Virus record (IMG/VR): IMGVR_UViG_3300016670_000048
Span: 22,181-86,180 of that record
DNA length: 64,000 bases
Reading direction: 5' to 3' (one strand)
From: a virus
Lineage: Duplodnaviria; Caudoviricetes
The notes beneath the pieces are model-generated. The model ran no database searches. It saw only the letters and a program-made list of their open reading frames with translations, and was not told the origin of the DNA. Below, one piece after another: positions 9,816 through 19,352 of the stretch (its first letter is position 1; each line of letters starts with the position of its first letter). The position numbers were made by a program, and so were the translations under genes.

Positions 9816-11675
9816 TTGAAAGAAGTAGAGGAACAAACACTAAAGGAACATCTTGGTATCATGATTGACCTGACTCGGGATCAAGATATTCCCGAACAAG
9901 GTTTCTCGATGCTAACTCGTAAAGGGTTCTATAAGAAAGATTGGGAAACTAGTCCACAAGAAGGTTTTGCACGAGCTGCAACTTGCTACTGCTTTGGTGA
10001 TTATGAGTTCGCAGAACGTATTTACGAATATGCAAGCAGAGGTTGGTTTACTAACGCAAGCCCAGTTCTTAGTAATGCTGTAGAAATTGAATGGCCCGCT
10101 TTCAACAAAGATCAGTTTGAAGAAGCATCTGATTGGCTTGCTGAGAACGTAGATCCAGACGGAATGCCAATCTCTTGTTTCTTGGTTAAGATTCCAGATA
10201 CAAAAGAGGGGTTGGTTGAGTCAAGTAGTGAAGCTAAGTGGCTTTCTATGATGGGTGGTGGTGTTGGGATTTGGGCCGCTAACCGTGGTCCCGATGAGAA
10301 GTCAACAGGTGTTATGGCACACATGTCTGGCTATGATGCGGACACATTGGCCTACAAGCAAAAGGAGTCCCGTCGAGGAAGTATTGCAGCTTATCTTGAT
10401 ATTGATCATCCGGAAATTGTACAGTTTATTTCAATGCGCGACCCAGTTGGTGGTGATCAGAATAAGAAATGCTTTAACTTGAACAATGCTGTAAATATTA
10501 CAGACAAGTTTATGCATGCTGTGATTAAGGGAGAAGAGTACGAGCTTGTAGATCCTAAACATGGCGGAACTGGTCGTTTCTTGAAAGCTCGTGAAGTGTG
10601 GGAAAAGATTCTTCAGATGCGATTTGAGACTGGAGAGCCTTATATCATGTGGAAGGATACAGTTAACCGAGCAATTCCTGAATGGATTAAGAACCCTCAT
10701 TACACCGTTGGACAAAGTAACTTATGCTCGGAAATTACCCTTTGGACTTCTGAGAAACGAACTGCTGTTTGCTGCCTCTCCAGCTTGAACTTGGAGAAGT
10801 TTGAAGAATGGAAAGACACAACAATTGTTGAAGACTTGGTTCGTTATCTCGACAACGTATTGGAATACTTTATCCGGTTGGCCCCTGCTGAATTGCATCG
10901 TGCTGTTTATTCAGCATACAAGGAACGGGCCATTGGTTTAGGAAGTCTTGGATGGAATTCTTATCTTCAAAGTAAGATGATTCCTTTTGAGAGTGGTGGC
11001 TTTAATAGTGCTATTCAACACACACATAAGATTTACAGTTTGATTAAGTCCCGTGCTGTTGAGTCAAGTAAGCTGTTAGCTAAAGAACGTGGAGAGTCAC
11101 CAGATTGCGCTGGTAGCGGTATGCGTAATAGTCATTTATTGGCCATTGCTCCTAATGCGTCTTCCAGTTCTATCGTAGGCACAAGTCCGAGTATTGAGCC
11201 GTGGAAAGACAATTATTTTGTAGCAGATGGACGTGCTGGTGCCTTCCTGATCAAGAATAAACATCTTGAGGTTCTTATTAAGAAATATGAAAAAGATTCG
11301 CCAGAAACTTGGAAGTCAATTCAGGACAATAAAGGTAGCGTACAACATCTTGAGTTCTTGTCTGATCTGGAAAAGAGTGTGTTCAAGACATTCAGCGAGA
11401 TTAACCCGATGTATATCATTGAACAAGCTGCTGCACGTACACCGTATATTTGTCAATCAACAAGTGTGAATATTCAGGTGACAAAGGATATCACTAAAGA
11501 AGAAATGTCAGATATCCACATGAAAGCTTGGGGTGCTGGTGTAAAGACGCTATACTACTGCCGTGCTGAGGGGGCTGACAAAGCAGATATTGGGACTGGT
11601 ACAGAGAAACCTTTAAATGCTGTTCCTGTACGTAAAAAAATTGAATATGAAACATGCTTTGCTTGTGAGGCATAA
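9816..11675 (+). CDS. nrdA: ribonucleotide reductase class Ia, alpha subunit
   Basis: PISC, SNLCSEI, CCLSSLN, APNASSS, KTLYY; C-terminal CxxC. Confidence 0.97.
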   Translation: MKEVEEQTLKEHLGIMIDLTRDQDIPEQGFSMLTRKGFYKKDWETSPQEGFARAATCYCFGDYEFAERIYEYASRGWFTNASPVLSNAVEIEWPAFNKDQFEEASDWLAENVDPDGMPISCFLVKIPDTKEGLVESSSEAKWLSMMGGGVGIWAANRGPDEKSTGVMAHMSGYDADTLAYKQKESRRGSIAAYLDIDHPEIVQFISMRDPVGGDQNKKCFNLNNAVNITDKFMHAVIKGEEYELVDPKHGGTGRFLKAREVWEKILQMRFETGEPYIMWKDTVNRAIPEWIKNPHYTVGQSNLCSEITLWTSEKRTAVCCLSSLNLEKFEEWKDTTIVEDLVRYLDNVLEYFIRLAPAELHRAVYSAYKERAIGLGSLGWNSYLQSKMIPFESGGFNSAIQHTHKIYSLIKSRAVESSKLLAKERGESPDCAGSGMRNSHLLAIAPNASSSSIVGTSPSIEPWKDNYFVADGRAGAFLIKNKHLEVLIKKYEKDSPETWKSIQDNKGSVQHLEFLSDLEKSVFKTFSEINPMYIIEQAAARTPYICQSTSVNIQVTKDITKEEMSDIHMKAWGAGVKTLYYCRAEGADKADIGTGTEKPLNAVPVRKKIEYETCFACEA

Positions 11676-11684
11676 GGAGAAATT

Positions 11685-12701
11685 TTGTCTGTATTTAAAC
11701 CTAGTAAGTCGTACCGTCCGTTCACCTACTCTTGGGCTGCGGAAGCAGCTCAAAAGCATTCGATTGATATGTTTTGGGATATCCATCAGCTTAACTTGCA
11801 AGATGATATTCAGCAGTATTTTTCAAAAGAGGGGCTGAAGACAGCAACTGTATCTCACGAACAGAATAAGAATATTCTTGACAGAACTCTTTGCTTGTTT
11901 ACTGAGATGGATAAGACAGTTGGTGAGGGATACACTGAGCTTCTGCCATTCATTAAGAATAATGAAATCCGTAACATGTTGATGACTTTTGCAGCTCGTG
12001 AGGTTGTTCATCAACGAGCATATGCACTAGCTGCTGAAACATTCGGGTTTAGTAACTCTGATTGGCTGGCTTTCGCTGATTATAAAGAAATGGTTGATAA
12101 GCTTGATGTGATGCTTGATGACTTGACACCAGAAGGTGCTTCTAATGAACTTAAGGCTGCAATTAAACTTACTCAGATTCTTCTTGGTGAAGGTATTGGT
12201 TTGTTCGGTGCTTTTGCAACACTTCTCAATCAGAAGCGTAGTGGGATCTTGAATGGATTCAATGATGTTAATGAATGGTCGTTGTTGGATGAAGCCGAAC
12301 ATGTAGCTAAGAACATTCGTGTTGTGGAGGAAATGGAGAAGGATCTTTCTGAGGTTGAACGTGTAGCGCTTAAGAATATCACATTGAAGTTTGTTGATAT
12401 GTTTGAGCAAGCTGAGTACCGATATATTGATCTTGTATTTGAAATGGGTGGTGCTGAAGGACTTACTGCTGATGAGATGAAAGGGTACATTAAATACCTT
12501 GGTAAACTTCGTCTTTATCAGCGTGGTTATGTGAGCCTAAACGACGTTCCCAAGAACCCTTTAGAATGGATGGAGTGGCTACTTAGCGCTAATAAGCACT
12601 CTAATTTCTTCGAGAAAAAGGTTACGGACTACCAACACTCAGAATTGCCGGGTGAAGTGAACTACAACAAATATCGACACCTGCTTGAAAATGTAGCTTG
12701 A
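11685..12701 (+). CDS. nrdB: ribonucleotide reductase class Ia, beta subunit
   Basis: Di-iron ligands EVVHQRAY, EGIGLF, DEAEH; NFFE near C-terminus. Confidence 0.95.
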   Translation: MSVFKPSKSYRPFTYSWAAEAAQKHSIDMFWDIHQLNLQDDIQQYFSKEGLKTATVSHEQNKNILDRTLCLFTEMDKTVGEGYTELLPFIKNNEIRNMLMTFAAREVVHQRAYALAAETFGFSNSDWLAFADYKEMVDKLDVMLDDLTPEGASNELKAAIKLTQILLGEGIGLFGAFATLLNQKRSGILNGFNDVNEWSLLDEAEHVAKNIRVVEEMEKDLSEVERVALKNITLKFVDMFEQAEYRYIDLVFEMGGAEGLTADEMKGYIKYLGKLRLYQRGYVSLNDVPKNPLEWMEWLLSANKHSNFFEKKVTDYQHSELPGEVNYNKYRHLLENVA

Positions 12702-12725
12702 CACCCCAATCTGATGTGCTATCCT
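12698..12725 (+). promoter_or_regulatory. sigma70-like promoter
   Basis: TTGACA-16-TATCCT with TG extended -10. Confidence 0.65.
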
Positions 12726-12727
12726 TG

Positions 12728-12759
12728 GCTCATGTCTCTTCGGGGATGTGGGCTTTTTT
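12728..12759 (+). terminator. Rho-independent terminator after nrdB
   Basis: GCTCATGTCTC-TTCG-GGGATGTGGGC followed by T-tract. Confidence 0.85.
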
Positions 12760-12773
12760 ATTAGGAGAGGTTT

Positions 12774-13802
12774 ATGTTAACTGAAGATTGGATTAAACTA
12801 GAAGTAGGTAGCGTTGTCTATGCACTCACAAACCTTTATAATTCTTGTGATGTTTATGGTAATTCATGTTATGCTAAGAAACATGATAAATTAATTGTAC
12901 GTGGTTTCTCAGAATACAGGGCACACAGTCCTTGGGTGAGCCATGAGGATGTTACAGATGGAACTGGATTTTATATTAGCAAGAATGAAGTCTCTATGAT
13001 GAAACACTTTGAACACTAGGAGAAATAAAATGAAATTCTATAAGCGCACACGTTACCCTTACTGGTCTGAAACCAAACTATTTTCTTGGATGCTGCCTGA
13101 AAAACCAGTTAGGAAATTTACCACTGTTGATGAGATGATGAAATCTCTGGAGATTAAAGATCCATTACTTGAACGCTTCATTGATAGACTTCAAGACATT
13201 GTAATGTTTCCCTCAGACTTTATTTACTCTGCCCGTATTTATCTGAAGAATTCTAAAGGTAATACTCACGTTCTTGAAGCTGGATTGAATCGAGGTGAAT
13301 GGTATGATCTCGTATACAGAATTCCACGCTGCTTGTTCTCAGAGCTTGAAAAATTCATTGAAGTGGAGAAAGGTCTTGAAACTCATGAATGGGAGAAGAC
13401 TCTTACTTTCAATGAAGATTGGGGTGTAAAAACTGATGATGAAAAGTATGGTAAGCTGACACCCCAAGCTCTTGCGGCTATTGAGCAAGACGAGATTTAC
13501 AAGTGGTGGAAATCTGTTAAAGATCGGGGTTATCTTGGAACAGATGAAGATCATACTTATGAGGAACAAGAGCAAGAGATGCTGATTCGTTTAGTTAAGA
13601 TTTATAGGAGTTTGTGGACATGAAAAATCCTATCGTAGACGTAGCTGCTATCCTAATCTGCCTTCTGGCTGTAGTGATTGGAGGACAATATTTCATAAAT
13701 CAGAAGAGAGAAAATAGTTTGAAAAGTATTGAGAAGAAAGTAGAGCTTCGAGTAGATAAGAAGCCTATTACTTTTGAGACTGCCGTTAAGACTACCGAAT
13801 AA
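12774..13802 (+). other. three hypothetical ORFs (12774..13019, 13030..13623, 13620..13802)
   Basis: AGGAG RBSs; the last ORF has an N-terminal TM segment. Confidence 0.75.
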
Positions 13803-13815
13803 CTTTTCTACAGGC

Positions 13816-13856
13816 AAAAAGAAGGCTCCCTTCCGTGATTGGATAGGGAGCCTTTA
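13816..13856. terminator. bidirectional terminator between convergent arms
   Basis: AAGGCTCCCT/AGGGAGCCTT stem flanked by A and T runs. Confidence 0.8.
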
Positions 13857-13909
13857 ACGTATCTGAGATAAGGACATGGCAATCCTTATTGTCTGCATAG
13901 CAGTTTTTA

Positions 13910-14281
13910 TTATTGTTGGTCTTTACCGCTGTAGATGACAGCGTTTGAGTTATTATTGTTAATAATCTTTTGGTTATTCTTTCTGTCAGCTTGTAAGTCT
14001 TTTACCCGCTGTTCAATAACATAGACCCTTTGGTCCATTGTCACTTGATAAGTATCCTGTGTCTCAGATAACTTATTCACTCTTGAGTCAAAATAATCCA
14101 TATTCTTACTCATAACAACTTTAGATTCTTCTTTGAATTGATCTAGCTTTAAACCAAAATTACCAAAATCTTCAGCACTTTTACTATTTGTCATCACGAT
14201 GGAGATCATTATAATCAACAACATCAGTGTTAAAATATCTACAGTCCTTTTTATAAATAACCATACCATCTTTGCCCCCAA
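13910..14281 (-). CDS. membrane-anchored coiled-coil protein
   Basis: N-terminal hydrophobic helix; end of lysis operon. Confidence 0.75.
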   Translation of the reverse strand: MGAKMVWLFIKRTVDILTLMLLIIMISIVMTNSKSAEDFGNFGLKLDQFKEESKVVMSKNMDYFDSRVNKLSETQDTYQVTMDQRVYVIEQRVKDLQADRKNNQKIINNNNSNAVIYSGKDQQ

Positions 14282-14283
14282 AG

Positions 14284-14601
14284 TTACTTCTTAAGTTTAC
14301 CGAAATACAACTCTAGGCGGTCTAGAATATCTTGTTTATCGGAAACTGATTGTTGTCTGAGGTTGCTGAACATAGCATCCATTTTAGTGTTGATCCCACT
14401 TACAGCGTCTTTAAGGTCTTCTTTGTTTACCTTATTCATTTGCATGACAAGAACTTTATCTTCTAGCGCCTTAAAATCTGTACGCTGTGCCTGATAAGTC
14501 ATGAACAAAGCACTAACAACGAGGGTAAGAAGCCCAAGGCACAGTCTTTCCCATATGTTGTTTATTCGGATATTAGCGTCCGGTGTTGGGTCATTTGACA
14601 T
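14284..14601 (-). CDS. single-TM protein in lysis cassette (holin/antiholin-like?)
   Basis: ATG after GAGG RBS; TM LCLGLLTLVVSALFMTY. Confidence 0.6.
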   Translation of the reverse strand: MSNDPTPDANIRINNIWERLCLGLLTLVVSALFMTYQAQRTDFKALEDKVLVMQMNKVNKEDLKDAVSGINTKMDAMFSNLRQQSVSDKQDILDRLELYFGKLKK

Positions 14602-14875
14602 TGTAAAGAGCCTCTTGCTTCTTTTTGTTTTCCATAATTTTATTGATTTGTAATTTGTACAGCCCAATGCAAGACACATTTTTATTATAACCACGAGCCA
14701 AGTCTAGGAGACTTTCACCCGGAGCTGTGGCTTTGCACGGATGCATCAACAGACTGTCTGGTGGATACACATTTACTGTCTGTTGGTTCGACATTACAGT
14801 AGGATTGGAGGAGCAACTTACGCAGATCATCGCTAAGAAGCTCACTCCCAGTAAGTACATTACTTTCTTCAGCAT
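14591..14875 (-). CDS. o-spanin (Rz1-like lipoprotein)
   Basis: Signal peptide with lipobox ICVSC, Pro-rich; overlaps i-spanin in another frame. Confidence 0.85.
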   Translation of the reverse strand: MLKKVMYLLGVSFLAMICVSCSSNPTVMSNQQTVNVYPPDSLLMHPCKATAPGESLLDLARGYNKNVSCIGLYKLQINKIMENKKKQEALYNVK

Positions 14876-15221
14876 TTTTAGGTGCCTCTGTTATCATGTT
14901 ATTAGTGGTAGGCAACTTCTTGATGCCTGTTGGTAGCTTTGAAATCTCTTCAGAGATAGATTCAGTCTTATCTTTTAAATCAGTCTTATCTTCCTCTAAT
15001 TCAACAACACTCTTATCATCAATCTTACAGCTCAAATCCTTCAAGTTAAGGGACTTTTGCATCTCTGTATTGATTTTAATGGCTTGGGCTAGTGCTTGCT
15101 CAGCCACCACCTTATCATCGTGCAGTGATAGAGAAAGCCAAACCAAACCTGCTGTAGTTGCGGACAATGCTAGGATGAGATAGAAGCTTATACCAAAACT
15201 ACTTATCCCCATCACTAGCAT
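14715..15221 (-). CDS. i-spanin (Rz-like)
   Basis: N-terminal TM followed by coiled coil; follows holin. Confidence 0.8.
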   Translation of the reverse strand: MLVMGISSFGISFYLILALSATTAGLVWLSLSLHDDKVVAEQALAQAIKINTEMQKSLNLKDLSCKIDDKSVVELEEDKTDLKDKTESISEEISKLPTGIKKLPTTNNMITEAPKNAEESNVLTGSELLSDDLRKLLLQSYCNVEPTDSKCVSTRQSVDASVQSHSSG

Positions 15222-15537
15222 CCTCGCTCGGCCAGAGCTTCTTCTGCTTTATCAGCCTGAACACTGCTGCTGATACGTTCAATGTGAACATAGCAGCACC
15301 GTAGACAGCAGGAGTAAGCATCGGCTCAAGCATTCCAAAGAATGGAAGGATAACTTCAACCAGAGTGAGAATAACAGACAAGATGTTTGTCCAGAAGGAA
15401 TAAGTGAAGAGCACTTTCTTCCAATTGGGCACTAGCTGAAGCTTCTTATCTGGTGTGGATAGTGTTACAGCAATACTAGCTTCCGTCTGTGTATCTGCTG
15501 TCAGAGGAGTTGTTTCATTGTTTACTGAATTGGTCAT
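15199..15537 (-). CDS. holin
   Basis: Two TM helices, basic C-terminus (RLIKQKKL); adjacent to endolysin. Confidence 0.75.
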   Translation of the reverse strand: MTNSVNNETTPLTADTQTEASIAVTLSTPDKKLQLVPNWKKVLFTYSFWTNILSVILTLVEVILPFFGMLEPMLTPAVYGAAMFTLNVSAAVFRLIKQKKLWPSEDASDGDK

Positions 15538-16090
15538 ACGCTTCTTTCATCCGATTGTGGTAATTATTTTTGGCGTACCCCGGACCATTATAAGCACGAG
15601 CCACCCCAACCCAGTCTTTAGCCTTGAGGGCTTTCAGAACATTTGGGCTTGCTTTAACAAAGCGGATAAACAATTCAAGTTGACCTTCCTCTGTATAAGC
15701 CTTGTTCACAAACTCTTGAACAGATGAGTAGCCCAACACCTTCCAGTGGTATGCCATTATTTGATAGGCTCCCCACGAAGCACTCTCAAGGGCTGTGACC
15801 CGATCAATCTTCACAGCCCTATCAAGACGTTCATGTTCAGCTAAACCGCCTTTGTAACCCCCGGGGGTAGGATTAACAATATCAGGATACTTAGCAGCCA
15901 TGTCAGCAGACTTAATTGGGGTGAAATCCCTAAGACGTTTGAACATTACATGGCGTTCAAAGAGAATCTTAGGGATTTTATTTCCAGCCTTATCTGTGAT
16001 GAAGCCATCACCAGCCGACTCGACCGAAGCAATAGCTTTGACAGCAGCTTCTTCTACACCTAACAATTGTGCTGCTTTAGAGTAATCCAT
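15515..16090 (-). CDS. endolysin, N-acetylmuramidase (DUF3380 type)
   Basis: AIASVES, ILFERHVM, SASWGAYQIM, FARxYNG-like VARAYNG. Confidence 0.92.
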   Translation of the reverse strand: MDYSKAAQLLGVEEAAVKAIASVESAGDGFITDKAGNKIPKILFERHVMFKRLRDFTPIKSADMAAKYPDIVNPTPGGYKGGLAEHERLDRAVKIDRVTALESASWGAYQIMAYHWKVLGYSSVQEFVNKAYTEEGQLELFIRFVKASPNVLKALKAKDWVGVARAYNGPGYAKNNYHNRMKEAYDQFSKQ

Positions 16091-16155
16091 AATTATAATC
16101 CTCGCAGCACAAAGGCTGTAATCAATGTAAATTCGACTTATAAATTAACCAAAAA

Positions 16156-16701
16156 TCACCAATTTATAACCTCTATTTGTTCTTTTGTAGTTGCTGCATC
16201 CACTGCTGCCAAAAGAGAGGCTAGTTTAACTTGTGAACCTTTGATATGAATATTCATATCAATCATAACACCCAATATTTCATCGGCGGTGTGAGCTTTC
16301 CACTGGTATCTTGTCCCGTCTGAAGCCCACAAAGGCTCTGTTGAATCTGTTGCACTTGCGATGTCAAACCTAATCTTCAGATTCACTTGGTCAACTAGAC
16401 GACAATCGTAGTTGTGAATACTACCGAGTGCATTAGATTGAAAACTAGACCTTGTAATTTCATCTGAACAAGCCTCTCTCAGCAGAACTCTTTTGGCTTC
16501 GGCTAAAATAGGAATAGGAATCGGTGGTGGAACATAAGGAGCAAAATGCCACACACCAAATTCATCTTCTGTAGCTACCCAGTAAATAGCAGTTTCTTCT
16601 GGGCAAACTTGCCAATTGTAGATTATCGGAGGGAACCTTCCCTCAGGATCTATGTCAGTTAGTTCAACAACACGTCCTTCTTCTATTCGCGCCCACATCA
16701 T
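16156..16701 (-). CDS. tail fibre assembly chaperone (DUF4376-like)
   Basis: WARIEEGRVVE; SNALGSIHNYD...DQVNL; follows fibre gene. Confidence 0.8.
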   Translation of the reverse strand: MMWARIEEGRVVELTDIDPEGRFPPIIYNWQVCPEETAIYWVATEDEFGVWHFAPYVPPPIPIPILAEAKRVLLREACSDEITRSSFQSNALGSIHNYDCRLVDQVNLKIRFDIASATDSTEPLWASDGTRYQWKAHTADEILGVMIDMNIHIKGSQVKLASLLAAVDAATTKEQIEVINW

Positions 16702-16707
16702 TCCAAA

Positions 16708-17673
16708 TCACCACTCAATGTAAATAGACCCAGCAAAACCATTACCACCCTGTAAGGCATTGTTTGTTACGGCGGCACCGCTGCCGCCGTCGCCGGGAAC
16801 AAGACCGTTGCTACCCGCACCCACCCCCCCGTCAGCGCCGCCGCCGATGAAAGCACCGCCACCACCGTTGCCACCATAGGCGCCACCACTGCTTGTTATT
16901 CCTACGAGGGTTCCATCAGTACCACCATTACCTCTGGCCTTGATAGTACCGGTAGTGCCTACACCACCAGATGCCCCGCTGAGTACGATTGCAACTGTTT
17001 GGGAACCTGCACCAATCCCACCACTACCTCCATTAGCTACAACGAAAGCTCCAAAAAGCGTAGTTCCTCCGGGTAAGCCATTCCAACCATTCGACAGCTG
17101 TCCCCCGGCACCACCTGCGCCGACTGTCATGGAAACAGTTGTAACTCCTGTGAGGTCCACAATAGACCTTGCACCACCACCACCACCACCACCACCGGCT
17201 GCCCCACTCACAGTACTTTGAATACCACCACCCCCACCACCACCACCAATTACTGTAACAGTGGCTTTTTTCAGCCCAAGACGGAGGACAAGAGGTACTG
17301 TCCAAGAACTAGTTCCCGGGGTTGTGAATAGGACTTCATTGCTCTTAAAAATATCTGACCAATTTACTTCTAAAGTGTCAGTGGTGGGGTTTTGATTAGT
17401 ATTTGTTGTGAGTGCAACGTACACTTTACCATTAGCACCTTGTACAAAACTCTTACCAGCTTGATACTCCGTTAAACTGTCCCACACAGAAATACCATGC
17501 TGCAAGATGTGCGCTATACCTTGATCTTGACGGTTTTGGGAATAGTTTTCCCACTGAAACGGGGGAACTTCTGCGGTCCAGCCTGTTGCAATCTTTACAT
17601 CACTAGGTGCTACAATTGCACCGCCACTTGCCCACAAACCATTATTAAAATTGGGCTTGAGAATTTCTGGCAT
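16708..17673 (-). CDS. tail fibre protein, short, with glycine-rich C-terminal domain
   Basis: N-terminal baseplate anchor (WASGG...KIATGW), W-rich carbohydrate-binding-like module, Gly-rich domain ending IYIEW. Confidence 0.8.
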   Translation of the reverse strand: MPEILKPNFNNGLWASGGAIVAPSDVKIATGWTAEVPPFQWENYSQNRQDQGIAHILQHGISVWDSLTEYQAGKSFVQGANGKVYVALTTNTNQNPTTDTLEVNWSDIFKSNEVLFTTPGTSSWTVPLVLRLGLKKATVTVIGGGGGGGGIQSTVSGAAGGGGGGGGARSIVDLTGVTTVSMTVGAGGAGGQLSNGWNGLPGGTTLFGAFVVANGGSGGIGAGSQTVAIVLSGASGGVGTTGTIKARGNGGTDGTLVGITSSGGAYGGNGGGGAFIGGGADGGVGAGSNGLVPGDGGSGAAVTNNALQGGNGFAGSIYIEW

Positions 17674-17688
17674 TAATAAATTTCCTTC

Positions 17689-18453
17689 TTAAAGGAGTTG
17701 GCCATATTGCCCACCCACTGATAAATCACCTAAATCTCCGTAGCCACGGGCATTAGGAGCACCTTGAAAACCAAAATAGTTTTCAGCAATAAATTGTCCA
17801 AAGTTAACCCGAACACCAATTGGTTTTGGGACAAATCTGGACGGATAACCAGAAGAATAGGATGTGTAATTGAGCAAAACCCTTTCAAATGATGTAAGCT
17901 CGCGTCCCATCATCAGAGTGAACTCTGCATTACCTTCTGCCACAACTAGGTTGATATCTATACCAAATACAAATTGCATAAAATCAATAAACTGATTTGG
18001 GGTTGCGTTTGTATTATTTTTTATAATCTTAGCTTTAATGAACAAACGATACTGCTCATCTGTCAAAAGGGTGTTACCAGCCAATGGATTATTAAAATCG
18101 TAGTATGGACCACCTAAAGTTGAATTATTCAAGTCACCATAAGACTGGGCATCTGGATATCCTTGGAAAGCAAAGAATACTAAAAGTGCAGTATCAATGA
18201 GTTCACGGGGTTGACCAACAATATCACCGATGATATCTAACTGAGCACCGGTTGCAGTATCAATAGAACGCTCTTGCATCAACTGGCGGAAGACTTCTTG
18301 AAGTTCTATCTTTCCGCCAAGGAGGAGTTGGAGATATTTGTCAAATATAACCGCCCCACCTTGACCACCTTCGTCTAATTTAAACTGTTCAGTCGTTCTT
18401 GAACGTGCTTCAGAAAGATAATCGATAATGTTAAAGGGATTAAGTTCTGACAT
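17689..18453 (-). CDS. baseplate wedge protein (DUF2612-like)
   Basis: ATGAQLDIIGDIVGQPR, LTDEQYRLFIKAKIIKN. Confidence 0.88.
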   Translation of the reverse strand: MSELNPFNIIDYLSEARSRTTEQFKLDEGGQGGAVIFDKYLQLLLGGKIELQEVFRQLMQERSIDTATGAQLDIIGDIVGQPRELIDTALLVFFAFQGYPDAQSYGDLNNSTLGGPYYDFNNPLAGNTLLTDEQYRLFIKAKIIKNNTNATPNQFIDFMQFVFGIDINLVVAEGNAEFTLMMGRELTSFERVLLNYTSYSSGYPSRFVPKPIGVRVNFGQFIAENYFGFQGAPNARGYGDLGDLSVGGQYGQLL

Positions 18454-19341
18454 CTAAATTGTCCCCCAAAATAAGTGATCCATTTGGAGAACATCTTTGG
18501 AGAACAGTTCTGTATTACCGCTCTTAAGCGGGGCGCTGTTTATAACTCTGTAGTCTTTAAACATGGAGAGGATATTCTTTTCGCACATAGCAGCCTCAGA
18601 ACCCAACTCGAAAGTGTGGAAATATAGTATTGTGATTTTACTCAAATCCCCCTTAAACCTTTCTTTGATGCTTCTGTTAGTTATACCTATTTTCCAATAA
18701 ACCTGACTCTTGTCAGAAATCCTTAAATAGTAAAGGCTCCCCGGTTTAGAATAATCAAATCCTCCACCAATTGCTGGATGGCAATCCATGCAACTTCTTC
18801 CGGCTAGAAGATTACCTGTACTACACCTCCACTTTCCACCACAGACATTGCATTGACAATCTATATTTAATAGATTGTTTTTATATTCACCAGATACGGT
18901 AATATCTCTTTCTGTGGCATCTAATCTACTTTGAATAATTTCTAGAGTCAGAGGCAAAGTATTTGCACACCTAGGGCATCCGTTTTTCATAAAAGATGAT
19001 GGGGAGCATCTCCAACCGTAGCTACAAACTTCACATTCGATATCAAGCTTAGTTCTTTTATTTTTATAATCTTCTTCTGGACTTTTTATTAGTAGTTTTT
19101 TACCAGCAAAGTCGAGAGAGTCTTGTAAAGTTGCAACAGTCCATTTAATTTTTCTGTTGCAGGAAGGGCAACCATTTTTAATTAGATTGGAAGGCAAACT
19201 TTCCCATTCATATTCACATACAAGACACTTTGATTTCAGTTTACAGCCTGAGCCTTTATACTCTCCAGTTAGGAGAAATTTCTTATCAAGCGCATTTAAT
19301 TTATTCTGGTAGAGTTGTAGGCCATTCTCTAGAAATTTCAT
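18454..19341 (-). CDS. putative homing endonuclease: zinc-ribbon repeats + C-terminal GIY-YIG/T5orf172-like domain
   Basis: Three CxxCxxxW...CPxC repeats; GFDYSKPGSLYYL...WKIGIT. Confidence 0.75.
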   Translation of the reverse strand: MKFLENGLQLYQNKLNALDKKFLLTGEYKGSGCKLKSKCLVCEYEWESLPSNLIKNGCPSCNRKIKWTVATLQDSLDFAGKKLLIKSPEEDYKNKRTKLDIECEVCSYGWRCSPSSFMKNGCPRCANTLPLTLEIIQSRLDATERDITVSGEYKNNLLNIDCQCNVCGGKWRCSTGNLLAGRSCMDCHPAIGGGFDYSKPGSLYYLRISDKSQVYWKIGITNRSIKERFKGDLSKITILYFHTFELGSEAAMCEKNILSMFKDYRVINSAPLKSGNTELFSKDVLQMDHLFWGTI

Positions 19342-19352
19342 ACAAATGACCT

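Noticed and set aside
16824-16830. G7 tract and (GGT)n runs in the fibre gene as phase-variation sites
   Set aside because: Explained by Gly codons; tract is short and there is no evidence of length variation
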